Positions 22,599 to 30,796 of a stretch of 53,021 nt of DNA are shown in pieces. The notes below the pieces were generated by a model. It was not told the DNA's origin and did no database searches. It saw nothing but the letters and a program-made list of their open reading frames with translations. The DNA is taken from the NCBI GenBank assembly GCA_964628275.1, contig CAZVOI010000174.1, positions 1 through 53,021 of the forward strand, written 5' to 3'. Position 1 is the first letter of the stretch. Each line of letters opens with the position of its first letter. The stretch comes from an uncultured Acidobacteriota bacterium. Its GTDB lineage: Bacteria; Acidobacteriota; Vicinamibacteria; Fen-336. The position numbers and the translations under genes are program-made.

Positions 22599-22627
22599 AT
22601 TGTTCTTGCCTGACGCGGACTTGTCAA
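22599..22627 (-). promoter_or_regulatory. Sigma70-like promoter TTGACA-N17-AACAAT, 9 nt upstream of the accB GTG
   Basis: Minus-strand reading: TTGACA (22627-22622), 17-nt spacer, AACAAT (22604-22599), then CAGTCTTCC and GTG at 22589. No Shine-Dalgarno. Confidence 0.35.
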
Positions 22628-22641
22628 ACGCCCGGATCGGC

Positions 22642-23526
22642 CTAGGGGATCGTGTAGACGTCCACGTGCCAGCAGTTGATGGTCGTGGCGTTGGCAAGGG
22701 GTATGCTGAGCCCCTGTGTGACATCGAGGGTCCAATTCCCGGCAAGTGCCGAGGCGAGTATGGGGCCGAACAGGAGGTTGGGGGCGCCCTGGAACGACTG
22801 GAACGTGCCGGAATAGGGACTCACACCAGTCGTGACCGACCGAGTGGAGAAGGGATCCCAAGTCGAAGCCGAACCGACTGAACAGCCGACTCCCAGGTCG
22901 GCACCGGAGAAGAGGGTCACCAGGTGAGGAGTGACGCCGACGACCCCTGGTGAGGCAGGCAGGTTGAGATAGATATAGCGGATCAGACTTGCATCGGTCG
23001 TAGTCACATAGAGGCTGACCACGGCCCAGCTGATCGACCCCGTGAGTCCGGTCACGCTTATCGGCGAAGAAGTGACGGTATCCGAGCCAGCAGTCACCAC
23101 CACCGGCGTGCTGCTGGTGAAGGTGTGCTTGGTCGGCGACACCGGAGTCGGTGTCGGTGTCGGCCCCGGTGTCGGGGAGCCGGAGGGCGTTCCCGAGGGC
23201 GTTGCGGAAGGACCGGGGGCCGGTCCTCCGATGGGCGACGGGGACGGCTGAATGTTGCTTGGCGACGGCCGGATGTCGCTGGGCGACGGCCGGATGTCGC
23301 TGGGCGACGACCGGATGTCGCTCGGCGACGGCCGGATGTTGCTGGGCGAAGGCTGGACGCTGCTGGGCGAGGCCATGATTCGCGCTTGGCCATCGGGGCC
23401 CAAGGCCGCGGTCGACGGGCTCGTGACCTCGTCCTTGGAGGTGCACGCCAGGTAGAAGCCCACGACCAGGCAGAATGCCGTGATCCGGGTCAGGATGTTC
23501 GCTGGTCCGAGCTCTTGTCGTGCCAT
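22642..23526 (-). CDS. Secreted or lipoprotein-like protein: heptapeptide repeats, Pro/Thr linker, C-terminal P-domain-like beta domain
   Basis: Signal peptide ending ...GFYLAC. (P/S)SPS(D/N)I(R/Q) repeated about six times. PTPGPTPTPTP linker. The C-terminal roughly 170 aa carries GNWTLDVTQ...INCWHVDVY, reminiscent of a proprotein-convertase P-domain. The ATG overlaps the stop of the upstream gene by 1 nt (TGATG). Confidence 0.7.
   Translation of the reverse strand: MARQELGPANILTRITAFCLVVGFYLACTSKDEVTSPSTAALGPDGQARIMASPSSVQPSPSNIRPSPSDIRSSPSDIRPSPSDIRPSPSNIQPSPSPIGGPAPGPSATPSGTPSGSPTPGPTPTPTPVSPTKHTFTSSTPVVVTAGSDTVTSSPISVTGLTGSISWAVVSLYVTTTDASLIRYIYLNLPASPGVVGVTPHLVTLFSGADLGVGCSVGSASTWDPFSTRSVTTGVSPYSGTFQSFQGAPNLLFGPILASALAGNWTLDVTQGLSIPLANATTINCWHVDVYTIP
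23240..23365 (-). repeat. In-frame 21-nt tandem repeat, about six units
   Basis: + strand unit is ggcgacggccggatgtcgctg. Identical copies at 23261-23281 and 23282-23302. Near-identical copies at 23303-23323 and 23324-23344. Degenerate copies at 23240-23260 and 23345-23365. Encodes PSPSDIR-type heptads. Confidence 0.85.
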
Positions 23527-23885
23527 CAGTCGAACTCCTTCTGCAGGTCCAACCCAGCCATCCTCAGCACAAAGCGCGCCCGGCCGATCAGCGCCCCCGG
23601 CGCCAGGGCCGCGAACAGGAAGTATTCGCCGGTGATGCCGACGAGGAGGGTGGTCATTCTCTCGGTGACAACCGCCAATTCCAGCAGCTCACCGATGCCC
23701 GTGTCTGTGGCCGCTGACACACTGGCCCGGAGCAGCGTCGTGTACTCGGCAGCCACGGCTTCCATGTTCGGGGTTTGCCGAACGACCAGCTTCTCGATGG
23801 GAATTCCGTCGGTGCCCATGATCATCAGTACGTGCGCCTCCGGCACCCGGTCAGCGATCTGTTGGAGCGCGTCACCAAAAGCCAA
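23526..23885 (-). CDS. Roadblock/LC7 (MglB-like) domain protein
   Basis: 119 aa. HVLMIMGTDGIPI...AAEYTTLLRA...TERMTTLLVGITGEYFLFAALAPGALIGRARFVLR matches the Roadblock/LC7 pattern. Confidence 0.75.
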   Translation of the reverse strand: MAFGDALQQIADRVPEAHVLMIMGTDGIPIEKLVVRQTPNMEAVAAEYTTLLRASVSAATDTGIGELLELAVVTERMTTLLVGITGEYFLFAALAPGALIGRARFVLRMAGLDLQKEFD

Positions 23886-23889
23886 GGAA

Positions 23890-25041
23890 CTATGCCTTTC
23901 TGATCGCCGCCAGCATCGCCTCGAGCCGGTCGATCGTGCGCTGGATCACCACGCGCCGGGCGTCGGTGACGGAATCCTCCGGTGGAGAGGAGGGGCTTGC
24001 AGCCGCCGAAGTCTGGATCTCCTGGAGCCGCGCCTGCGCCCGTTCGTTGCCGGGCTCTCGGGCCAGGAGCTGAGCGAGGACCTCCGCAGCCTTGTCCTTG
24101 AAGCCCTGTCGCAAGTAGAGGTCCGCCAGTGTGACCGAGGCGATCTCTTCCGAAGGCGGCTCGGGTTCGACTGCCGCAGCCGGCTCTTCCGCCGCGACCG
24201 GCTTGGGCGGCGACGGCGTGGTCTCCTCGAACTCGACCTCCAGCACCGCACCGGGAAACGTGCCCGGCATCGTGGGCGCTTCGTCGAACTCCACGATCTC
24301 GTCGGGAGGCGGATGCGGCATCCGAATCGTCGCAGTCGGGTCCGGCTCCGTGGGCGGCGGCTTCAGGGACACGCTGGGCGCCGCGTGCGGCCGCTCCAGC
24401 TCGAACTCCTCTTGGACCTCCGACACCGAGACCGGTATCGTCGAGGCCATGATCTCGGCCGGCGTGGGCGCTCCTCCGACTTGCGTTGCCCGCGACTCGA
24501 ACGGATGCTCCAGTTCCATCGGTTCGTCGACGATCGAGAGCTTGATCGGCGCCGGCTCTTCGCCCTCGGGCAGCGCTGCCGCGGCCGGCCCCGGCGCTCG
24601 AAGGCGCGCCTCCACCGCCTCCAGGTGCGCCTGGAGCTGCTTGTCGCCAGGCGCCATCAGCAGCGCCTTCTTGTACTGCGCCTGCGCCGCCGTCCAGTCC
24701 TCCAGGCCCTCCAGCGACTCCGCCAGCAGCCGCGCGGCCAGAATATTGTCCGGGGCGCCCTTGAGAACCGCCTGGAACTCGACCCGAGCCGCGCCCAGGT
24801 CGCCATTGTCGAAGAGCGCCCGGCCCAGGGTCATCCGCGCCGACGGATACTGCGAGTGCTTTTGAAGACCCTCGCGGCACACCCGAATCGCATCGGCGAG
24901 GTTGCCGTCCTTGCGCAGCTCCTCCGCCAACTGCGCAAAGAGCCGCGATCCGGGCTCCCGCTCCAGTCGCTTGCGAAGCTCGTCGATGCGCGGGTTATCG
25001 GCCAAGAGCTCCTCGAAGACTAGGAAGTCCCAGGCCCGCAA
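23890..25041 (-). CDS. TPR protein with a central acidic/proline-rich linker
   Basis: TTG 25041 is the only in-frame start after the upstream stop at 25089 (LRAWDFLVFEELLADNPRIDELRK). TPR-like helices at both ends, and a roughly 150-aa E/P-rich middle. The track ORF N-terminus (to 25353) overlaps the upstream gene. Confidence 0.65.
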   Translation of the reverse strand: MRAWDFLVFEELLADNPRIDELRKRLEREPGSRLFAQLAEELRKDGNLADAIRVCREGLQKHSQYPSARMTLGRALFDNGDLGAARVEFQAVLKGAPDNILAARLLAESLEGLEDWTAAQAQYKKALLMAPGDKQLQAHLEAVEARLRAPGPAAAALPEGEEPAPIKLSIVDEPMELEHPFESRATQVGGAPTPAEIMASTIPVSVSEVQEEFELERPHAAPSVSLKPPPTEPDPTATIRMPHPPPDEIVEFDEAPTMPGTFPGAVLEVEFEETTPSPPKPVAAEEPAAAVEPEPPSEEIASVTLADLYLRQGFKDKAAEVLAQLLAREPGNERAQARLQEIQTSAAASPSSPPEDSVTDARRVVIQRTIDRLEAMLAAIRKA

Positions 25042-25088
25042 CCTAGCGCGAACCTGGGACTCATCGAACCGACGCGTCGTGCGGTGCG

Positions 25089-25895
25089 CTACTTCACCGT
25101 GATGCTGATGAAGCAGATCGACTGCGCGCCATTGTTGTCGGTGACCGTATGGTTGACTTTGTAGACGCCGGTCGGACCGTAGGCGTGGTTCACGTTCGGC
25201 TTGTCGTCTGCGACACCGTCTCCGAAGTCCCACTCGTAGCGCACGATCCGGCCGTCCGAGTCGCTGGCTGAGGACTGGAACAGGATCTGGAAGCCCGGCG
25301 GATACGAGCCGCCTGCTCCTGGCCCGATCGCCGGCTGGACCGCAAAGCCGCACGTGGGCGCCTTGTTGCCATCCTTCGGCGGGAAGAGCACCGGCTCAGC
25401 CGGGATGATCTGCACGCGCACGCTGCGCATCGTGGCGCCGTTGAAGTCGTCGGTCACCGGCCGCGCCTGGACCATCACCGATGTCGAGGACAGCAGGTCA
25501 GTGCGCGCGGGCGCCGACAGGCGCACCTCAGCGACGCCGCTGCCGTTGGTGACGGCCGTCGCAGCGCTCGCAGCCGAAAGCGCGACGCCGCCAAGCGGCG
25601 TCAGCTCGCCGAGGCCCACCGGGTTGCCGGAATCGTCGGTGATCCGAAACACGACCGCCCGGCCTCCCAGCGGCTGGCCGTTCTGGTTTCGGAGCGTCGC
25701 CTGGATGACGGAAACGCTCTCGTTGTCAGCCACCACGAAGTCAGGGTTGGCGGTGAGCCGCAGCGCGTTCGCCAGCTCGGACGGACCGGAGAGGGCGGGC
25801 GCGTCATCCACCTTCTCGAGCCCGCAAGCGTGCAGCAGCACCGCCGCTCCGATGACCGCGGCCGACGCACTGCGTTTGAAGTTGTCGATCTTCAT
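25089..25895 (-). CDS. Lipoprotein-like protein with Big_1-like Ig domain and C-terminal PKD domain
   Basis: Signal peptide ...AAVLLHACG. Ig-like ADNESVSVIQATLRNQNGQPLGGRAVVF...TNGSGVAEVRL. PKD signature YEWDFGDG...HAYGPTGVYKVNHTVTDNNG. Confidence 0.75.
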   Translation of the reverse strand: MKIDNFKRSASAAVIGAAVLLHACGLEKVDDAPALSGPSELANALRLTANPDFVVADNESVSVIQATLRNQNGQPLGGRAVVFRITDDSGNPVGLGELTPLGGVALSAASAATAVTNGSGVAEVRLSAPARTDLLSSTSVMVQARPVTDDFNGATMRSVRVQIIPAEPVLFPPKDGNKAPTCGFAVQPAIGPGAGGSYPPGFQILFQSSASDSDGRIVRYEWDFGDGVADDKPNVNHAYGPTGVYKVNHTVTDNNGAQSICFISITVK

Positions 25896-25910
25896 AAACT
25901 TCCTCGCTCC

Positions 25911-26525
25911 CTACTGGAAGTCCGCGAAAGTGACTTGGAGGCGTCCCATGGCGCTCAGGCGCTCGCCGCTCAGCACGCTCGCGTACACGGTGATCTCGGC
26001 GACCACAGTCAGAACCCCCGCGCCGTTGATGTTCACCTGCGCGGGCGGCGCTGGGAGCGGGATCGTGGTCCCGACCATGTTCCGCAACGGCGGCTCGATC
26101 TTGGCCTGTGGCCGCACGACCGTGATATTGACGTCGATCTCCTGCTCGGTTCCGGAGCTCGGCGTGTGGATCCGCGCCGCGAGCGGCCCCGAGAAGGAGA
26201 ACGGCACGTCGACTCCCTCCGTGTTCCGCCCGTCCGTGCGGAAGTACCGAACGCGGTAGCTCTCCAGTTGGACGTGCTGGTTCGGGCTCGCCGCTGTGAT
26301 GTTGGGGTTCTTCTGGAAGATGTTGATCGACATCGTCGCGTCGTCGGCAAGCCCGTCGCTGACATCGGAGTAGAGAGTGTCGCCGCTCCGGTTCGACGCG
26401 CTCAAGCCCTGGATTCGACCGATCTCGAACAGGATCGTCGAGTTGTTCTGCTTGGCCCAGTCAGCGGTGCAGCCCGCCGACGAGATTCCCAGCGCGGCCA
26501 CCATGACCAGACTGACTCGCCTCAT
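25911..26525 (-). CDS. Lipoprotein-like beta-rich protein of unknown function
   Basis: ATG 26525 is preceded by GGGAGG (6-nt spacing). MRRVSLVMVAALGISSAGC signal with Cys. No recognisable domain. Begins 54 nt after the pilQ stop. Confidence 0.7.
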   Translation of the reverse strand: MRRVSLVMVAALGISSAGCTADWAKQNNSTILFEIGRIQGLSASNRSGDTLYSDVSDGLADDATMSINIFQKNPNITAASPNQHVQLESYRVRYFRTDGRNTEGVDVPFSFSGPLAARIHTPSSGTEQEIDVNITVVRPQAKIEPPLRNMVGTTIPLPAPPAQVNINGAGVLTVVAEITVYASVLSGERLSAMGRLQVTFADFQ

Positions 26526-26579
26526 GGCATTCCTCCCTTGCGACAATCCGTTCTTGCGGGGGGCGTTCAGGTTCATCGG

Positions 26580-28970
26580 CTACCCCTTGATGATCCGCGG
26601 CGTTACGAAGAGCAGCAGCTCGTTGTTTTGCGAGGTGTTGAATTTCTGCTTGAACAGGTAGCCCAGGATCGGAATCCTGCCCAGCACCGGCGTGTTGCTC
26701 TGCGACTGCTGTTCCTGACTCTGATAGATGCCGCCGATCACAGCCGTGGCGCCGTCGTGCACCAGCACGTTGGTGGTGGCCGATTGCGTGTTGATGGGCG
26801 GAATTCCGTTGACCAGGTTCGCGAAGTCGGCGGCGTTGTTTTCGACCGACAGAGCCAGGATCACCGTGCCCGCCTCGCTGATCTGGGGCGTGACCTTCAA
26901 GGTCAGAACCGCGTCCTTGAAGCTGACCGTGACGGTGTTGTTGGCCACCGTCTGGATCGGGATCTGGACGCCCTGTTTGATGGTCGCTTCCTGGTTGTTC
27001 TGTGTCGTGACCTTCGGCGTGGACAACAGCCGGCCGCGACCTTGCCGCTCCAGCGCCGTCAGGGCCAGGTCCAGGTTGAAGTTGCCCAGGATGTTGCCCA
27101 TCGACACGCCCAGTGCTGACGTGAAGCCGCTGGCCGGCAGGTTTACCGCGTAGCCGCGTCCCGCCGCGGTGCCGATTCCGGCGGCCGGCGCGAGTCCCGA
27201 CTGGCCCGCAGGGAGTCCGGCGCCCGGCACGCCCTGGCCGTTCAGGATGATCGCGTTCGGAAACGCCTTGTCCGTGGTGTTCCCGAACTGGTAGGTCTGC
27301 TGGTTCAGGAAGCCCCACTGGATGCCGATGTCGCGCGTGAAGTTCCGGCTGGTGACCACGATGCGCGCTTCGATCTCGACCTGGGGCGTCGCCACGTCCA
27401 GGTCCCCGACCAGGAGCTTGGCCTTGTCGATGTATTGCGGAAGGTCCTTCATCAGCAGGGTGTTGGTGCGGACGTCGATATTGATCTGGCCGCGCGCCGA
27501 AAGCGCCCCCGATTTCTTGATGACGTCCTGCAGATCCAGGGCCTTGGCGTAGTAGATCCGTTTGGACCAGTCGGCCAGATCGCCTGCCAGCGCTTTTTCC
27601 TCGGCCAGCTTGCGACGGTCCGATTCTTCGCGCTGCATGTCGGTGAGCTTTGCGATGCGGAGCACGTTGTCTTCGATCGCATGGCCGAGACCGTTGATCT
27701 TCAGGATCAGATCCAGAGCCTGGTCCCAGGGCACTTCGGTGAGCTTCAGCGTGACGCGCCCGCTGATCCCCGGGTTGACGACCACGTTCAGCCCGCTGAT
27801 CTCCGCCATCAGCCGGAAGATGTCCTGGAGATCGCCCTCCTTGAAGTCGAAGCTCACCGGGTGGCCGCTCCACTTCCGCGGTTCCGCGCCCGGCGCGGCG
27901 CTCGTGTCGCGCGGCGCAGCAGCGGGGGCTTGCACTTCGAGGACGGCCGGGGCGGCCCCGGGGGCCATCAGGCGCGGCGCGACGAGGGCCGCCGCCGGCT
28001 CCGTCATCGGGGCCAGCGCCGCCTTCGGCGCCGCCAGTGGAGCCTGCGCGGGAGTGCGTCCCTCGCCGAATACGATCTTGACGCCGTCGTCGCCCTCGAG
28101 GATTCGGTACGGCTTGCGAGTCGCGAGGTCGAGGACCAGCCGAGCGACCTTCGGGTTGGCCGCGCTGAACTGGCCAAGCCGTACCGAGCGAACGGGGTCG
28201 TGCTGAACGTCTGCCCGATATGGAGCGCGGCTGGTCACGTCCTTGAAGTCGATCACCAGGCGATCCGGATTGCCGAGGAAGAAGTCCTGGTATTTGAGCG
28301 CGCCGTCGGCACGAATCGTCACGGACAACTGGCCGTTCTCCTCGACCGAGGTCACCCCCAGGATTCGGGTCGCCTTGATGACCGGCTTCCCCGGCGCCGC
28401 CGCCTTGGCGGCCTCCGTCGTCCGATGGCCCGCTTGCGCGGCAGGGCTGGGGGCGGGCTCGACGGGGGCGTTCAGTTCCGGCGCCACTGGAGTCGTGATC
28501 GTCTCGCTCTTGACCGGAGCCTCGGCCCTCGGCTCGGGACGCTGCGGCTCGCTGGAGGCTTGGGCTACGGCGCTGCGCTCGAAGACCAGATTCAAGCTGC
28601 GGTCCTTCGAGAAGACCTGATACGGCACCAGGCTCGCCAGCCGAACCTCGATCCGCGCCAGGCTCCGCCCGTCAGCTCGCGCCATCTGCGTGACGCGCAG
28701 CGACTCGACTTCGCGGGTGCCGACGTTGATGCGCGAAGGGATGCTCCCCGCCGCCATCTCCGGCACGTCGACGACGAGGGTCAGCGGATCGGGGCTGTAG
28801 TAGGTGTACGCCAGCGGTCCGCTGCACTCGATCACGATGCGTGTCGACCGCTCCGTGTTCTCCTGGCGGATGTCAGTGATGCTGACGCCCTTGTCCTGTG
28901 CGGTTGCCGCGGCTCCCAGACCAGCCGCTACGGCGGCCAACAGGAAGGTCCTCGCGAGCTTGGCTCTCAT
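26580..28970 (-). CDS. pilQ: Type IV pilus secretin PilQ with two N-terminal AMIN-like modules
   Basis: Signal peptide, two AMIN-like repeats (…RIVIECSGPLAYTYY…; …LSVTIRADGALKYQDF…), secretin core, and C-terminal VIGGIYQSQ...TPVLGRIPILGYLFK...LLLFVTPRII. Confidence 0.93.
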   Translation of the reverse strand: MRAKLARTFLLAAVAAGLGAAATAQDKGVSITDIRQENTERSTRIVIECSGPLAYTYYSPDPLTLVVDVPEMAAGSIPSRINVGTREVESLRVTQMARADGRSLARIEVRLASLVPYQVFSKDRSLNLVFERSAVAQASSEPQRPEPRAEAPVKSETITTPVAPELNAPVEPAPSPAAQAGHRTTEAAKAAAPGKPVIKATRILGVTSVEENGQLSVTIRADGALKYQDFFLGNPDRLVIDFKDVTSRAPYRADVQHDPVRSVRLGQFSAANPKVARLVLDLATRKPYRILEGDDGVKIVFGEGRTPAQAPLAAPKAALAPMTEPAAALVAPRLMAPGAAPAVLEVQAPAAAPRDTSAAPGAEPRKWSGHPVSFDFKEGDLQDIFRLMAEISGLNVVVNPGISGRVTLKLTEVPWDQALDLILKINGLGHAIEDNVLRIAKLTDMQREESDRRKLAEEKALAGDLADWSKRIYYAKALDLQDVIKKSGALSARGQINIDVRTNTLLMKDLPQYIDKAKLLVGDLDVATPQVEIEARIVVTSRNFTRDIGIQWGFLNQQTYQFGNTTDKAFPNAIILNGQGVPGAGLPAGQSGLAPAAGIGTAAGRGYAVNLPASGFTSALGVSMGNILGNFNLDLALTALERQGRGRLLSTPKVTTQNNQEATIKQGVQIPIQTVANNTVTVSFKDAVLTLKVTPQISEAGTVILALSVENNAADFANLVNGIPPINTQSATTNVLVHDGATAVIGGIYQSQEQQSQSNTPVLGRIPILGYLFKQKFNTSQNNELLLFVTPRIIKG

Positions 28971-29503
28971 TGCCTCGCCTCCTCAGACGAATACAGACTC
29001 TTCTTCAGGTCCCGGGTCTTGACCGGCGACAGGGGATCGGTGACTTCTTGTCGGAAGGTGACCGTGGCAGCGTCCATGCCGATGATCACGCCGTCGTAAA
29101 AGCGCTGACCGGTCTTCGCGAAGTAGGACTTACCGTCCGTCGCCTGGAGCATTGCGATGAACCCGGTCCGGTCCTTCACGATTCCCTTGAGCGCCAGTTC
29201 CTGGACCAGAAAGCCGGGCATCCCGGTCGGGCGCTTGGTTTGTCCCTCGGAGGGCCCGACATTGACTAGAAGGCTGACGAAGGGATCGCGACGGCCCGCG
29301 GGTAGATACGTGTAGGTCCCTGGCTGGAGCGCAAGTTCCTTCTCCAGGATGTCCTTGAGAGCCTCCTTGGAGAGCTCTCCGGGCTCCGCGGCTGCCGGGG
29401 CCGCCGTGCCGGCGCTGGGTTGCTGGGCCGCAGCGCCGCGCGCCAGGGCGATGCCGAGGGCGAGCAGGGCGAGGCTACGCGTCATCCTCTTGCTCATGCT
29501 CAT
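28967..29503 (-). CDS. pilP: Type IV pilus assembly protein PilP
   Basis: MSMSKRMTRSLALLALGIALARG signal, RRDPF motif, LKGIV...AMLQATDGKSYFAKTGQRFYDGVIIGMD beta domain. ATGA overlap with the pilQ start. Start taken from the frame of track ORF 28967..30034. Confidence 0.8.
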   Translation of the reverse strand: MSMSKRMTRSLALLALGIALARGAAAQQPSAGTAAPAAAEPGELSKEALKDILEKELALQPGTYTYLPAGRRDPFVSLLVNVGPSEGQTKRPTGMPGFLVQELALKGIVKDRTGFIAMLQATDGKSYFAKTGQRFYDGVIIGMDAATVTFRQEVTDPLSPVKTRDLKKSLYSSEEARQ

Positions 29504-29511
29504 GGCGGCGC

Positions 29512-30123
29512 TCACTTGGCCCCCGCGGGCTTGGGGGGTCCAGGCGGCGGCGGCGGTGGCTTGTCGACATAGACGTAGGTGGTCGCGATGCAACTGGCCA
29601 AAATCGTGTTGTTGGCCGTCTGCTTCGTTTGGGACCTCACCTTCACGTTGCCGACGTTGACCAGACGCTGCAGCCGGCCGACGCGGTCGAAGAAGAGACC
29701 CAGGTTGTGGTAGTTCCCTTCGACGTCCACGTTGATCGGCCATTCCTGGTAGTAGTCCTTGTTGACCGTGGCGCTGGGCGTGAAGCGCCGCACGATCAGG
29801 TTCGACTGCGAGGCCAGATACTGGACCTTCCGCATCAGATCGGGCGTCTCCTTCTCCGGAGGCAGGTAGCGCTTCAGCGTCTCGAGCCGGCCTTCGAGTT
29901 GGGTCACCTTGGCGCGGAATTCCTCGAGCTTGGCCGCGACGGCCTCCAGCTTGCGGATGTCCTCGCGCAGCGTGTTGAGTGTGCCCTGCTTGCTCTGCTC
30001 CAGAGCGACCAGTTCCTGCCACTTGAAGTACCAAAAGGCGCCCACGATGAGCCCCGCGGCGAGGACGGAGACTCCGATCTGCCCCATTACGGGGAGCTTG
30101 GTGAGAGGGTTTTCGGCTGCCAT
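29512..30123 (-). CDS. pilO: Type IV pilus assembly protein PilO
   Basis: Single TM helix, coiled coil, ferredoxin-like C-terminal domain, position between pilN and pilP. Pro-rich tail PPPPPPGPPKP. Confidence 0.85.
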   Translation of the reverse strand: MAAENPLTKLPVMGQIGVSVLAAGLIVGAFWYFKWQELVALEQSKQGTLNTLREDIRKLEAVAAKLEEFRAKVTQLEGRLETLKRYLPPEKETPDLMRKVQYLASQSNLIVRRFTPSATVNKDYYQEWPINVDVEGNYHNLGLFFDRVGRLQRLVNVGNVKVRSQTKQTANNTILASCIATTYVYVDKPPPPPPGPPKPAGAK

Positions 30124-30139
30124 CTCGTTCTCCCTTCCC

Positions 30140-30796
30140 CTATGACTTCTTCGGCGGCTGGGCCGCCGTAGCGATCGGCGGCGGGGCGGCCGCGGCCGCT
30201 CGGGCCTTGGCCGCGACTTCGGGGTTCTCGAAGTTGGCGGTGACCTGGAAGGTCACGACGTTGTTCTGCTCGGTGCTGCTGTCCAGTTCCACGCGCGGGA
30301 ACCAGCCGCCGCTCTTTTGGAGATTCATGATGAAATCGGCCACCGAGGCGAGGCTGTTGCTCTGCCCCTGGAACTTGATCTGAGCCCCGGCCTGGTCCAT
30401 TCCGGTCAGCCACACGAAGTCGGGAAGCGCTTTCGAGATCTCGTCCACCATGTGGACTCCGTTGGCCTGTTCGGCCCGGAGCCGCTCGATCAGGTTCACC
30501 TTTTCCGTCAGCAGCCGCTCCTTGGCCTGGAAGTCTTCGACCTGCTTCTTGATCACCTGGAGCTCTGCCTGCCGTTTTGTCGCGACCTGGATCTGGGCGT
30601 CCAGCTCCTTGATCTGCAGGTCCTTGATCCACCAGCCCGCGGCGCAGAGGGCCACGGCCAGGGCACTGAACAGGCCCAGGAACAGATAGGCTGTCTGAAG
30701 ACCGCCGCCGCCGCCGCTCGATGCTCCGGCGGAGGAGGCTTTCCCCTTCTTGCCTTCCGGCTTACGGTCGGTTGCGAGCAGGTTGATGCGGATCAT
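30140..30796 (-). CDS. pilN: Type IV pilus assembly protein PilN
   Basis: MIRINLL N-terminal PilM-binding motif, TM helix, coiled coil. 4-nt overlap with the pilM stop. Confidence 0.85.
   Translation of the reverse strand: MIRINLLATDRKPEGKKGKASSAGASSGGGGGLQTAYLFLGLFSALAVALCAAGWWIKDLQIKELDAQIQVATKRQAELQVIKKQVEDFQAKERLLTEKVNLIERLRAEQANGVHMVDEISKALPDFVWLTGMDQAGAQIKFQGQSNSLASVADFIMNLQKSGGWFPRVELDSSTEQNNVVTFQVTANFENPEVAAKARAAAAAPPPIATAAQPPKKS

Noticed and set aside
23240-23365. Possibility that the 21-nt repeats are a small CRISPR-like array or non-coding satellite
   Set aside because: The units are directly adjacent with no spacers. The unit length is a multiple of three. They lie in frame inside a CDS encoding a coherent heptad repeat.
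29500-29530. Apparent 1-nt discrepancy between my hand count of a C-run near the pilO stop and the ORF-track frame (possible frameshift)
   Set aside because: Most likely my own miscounting of a homopolymer. The track translation (…PKPAGAK-stop) and the pilP and pilO lengths are self-consistent, so no frameshift is claimed.
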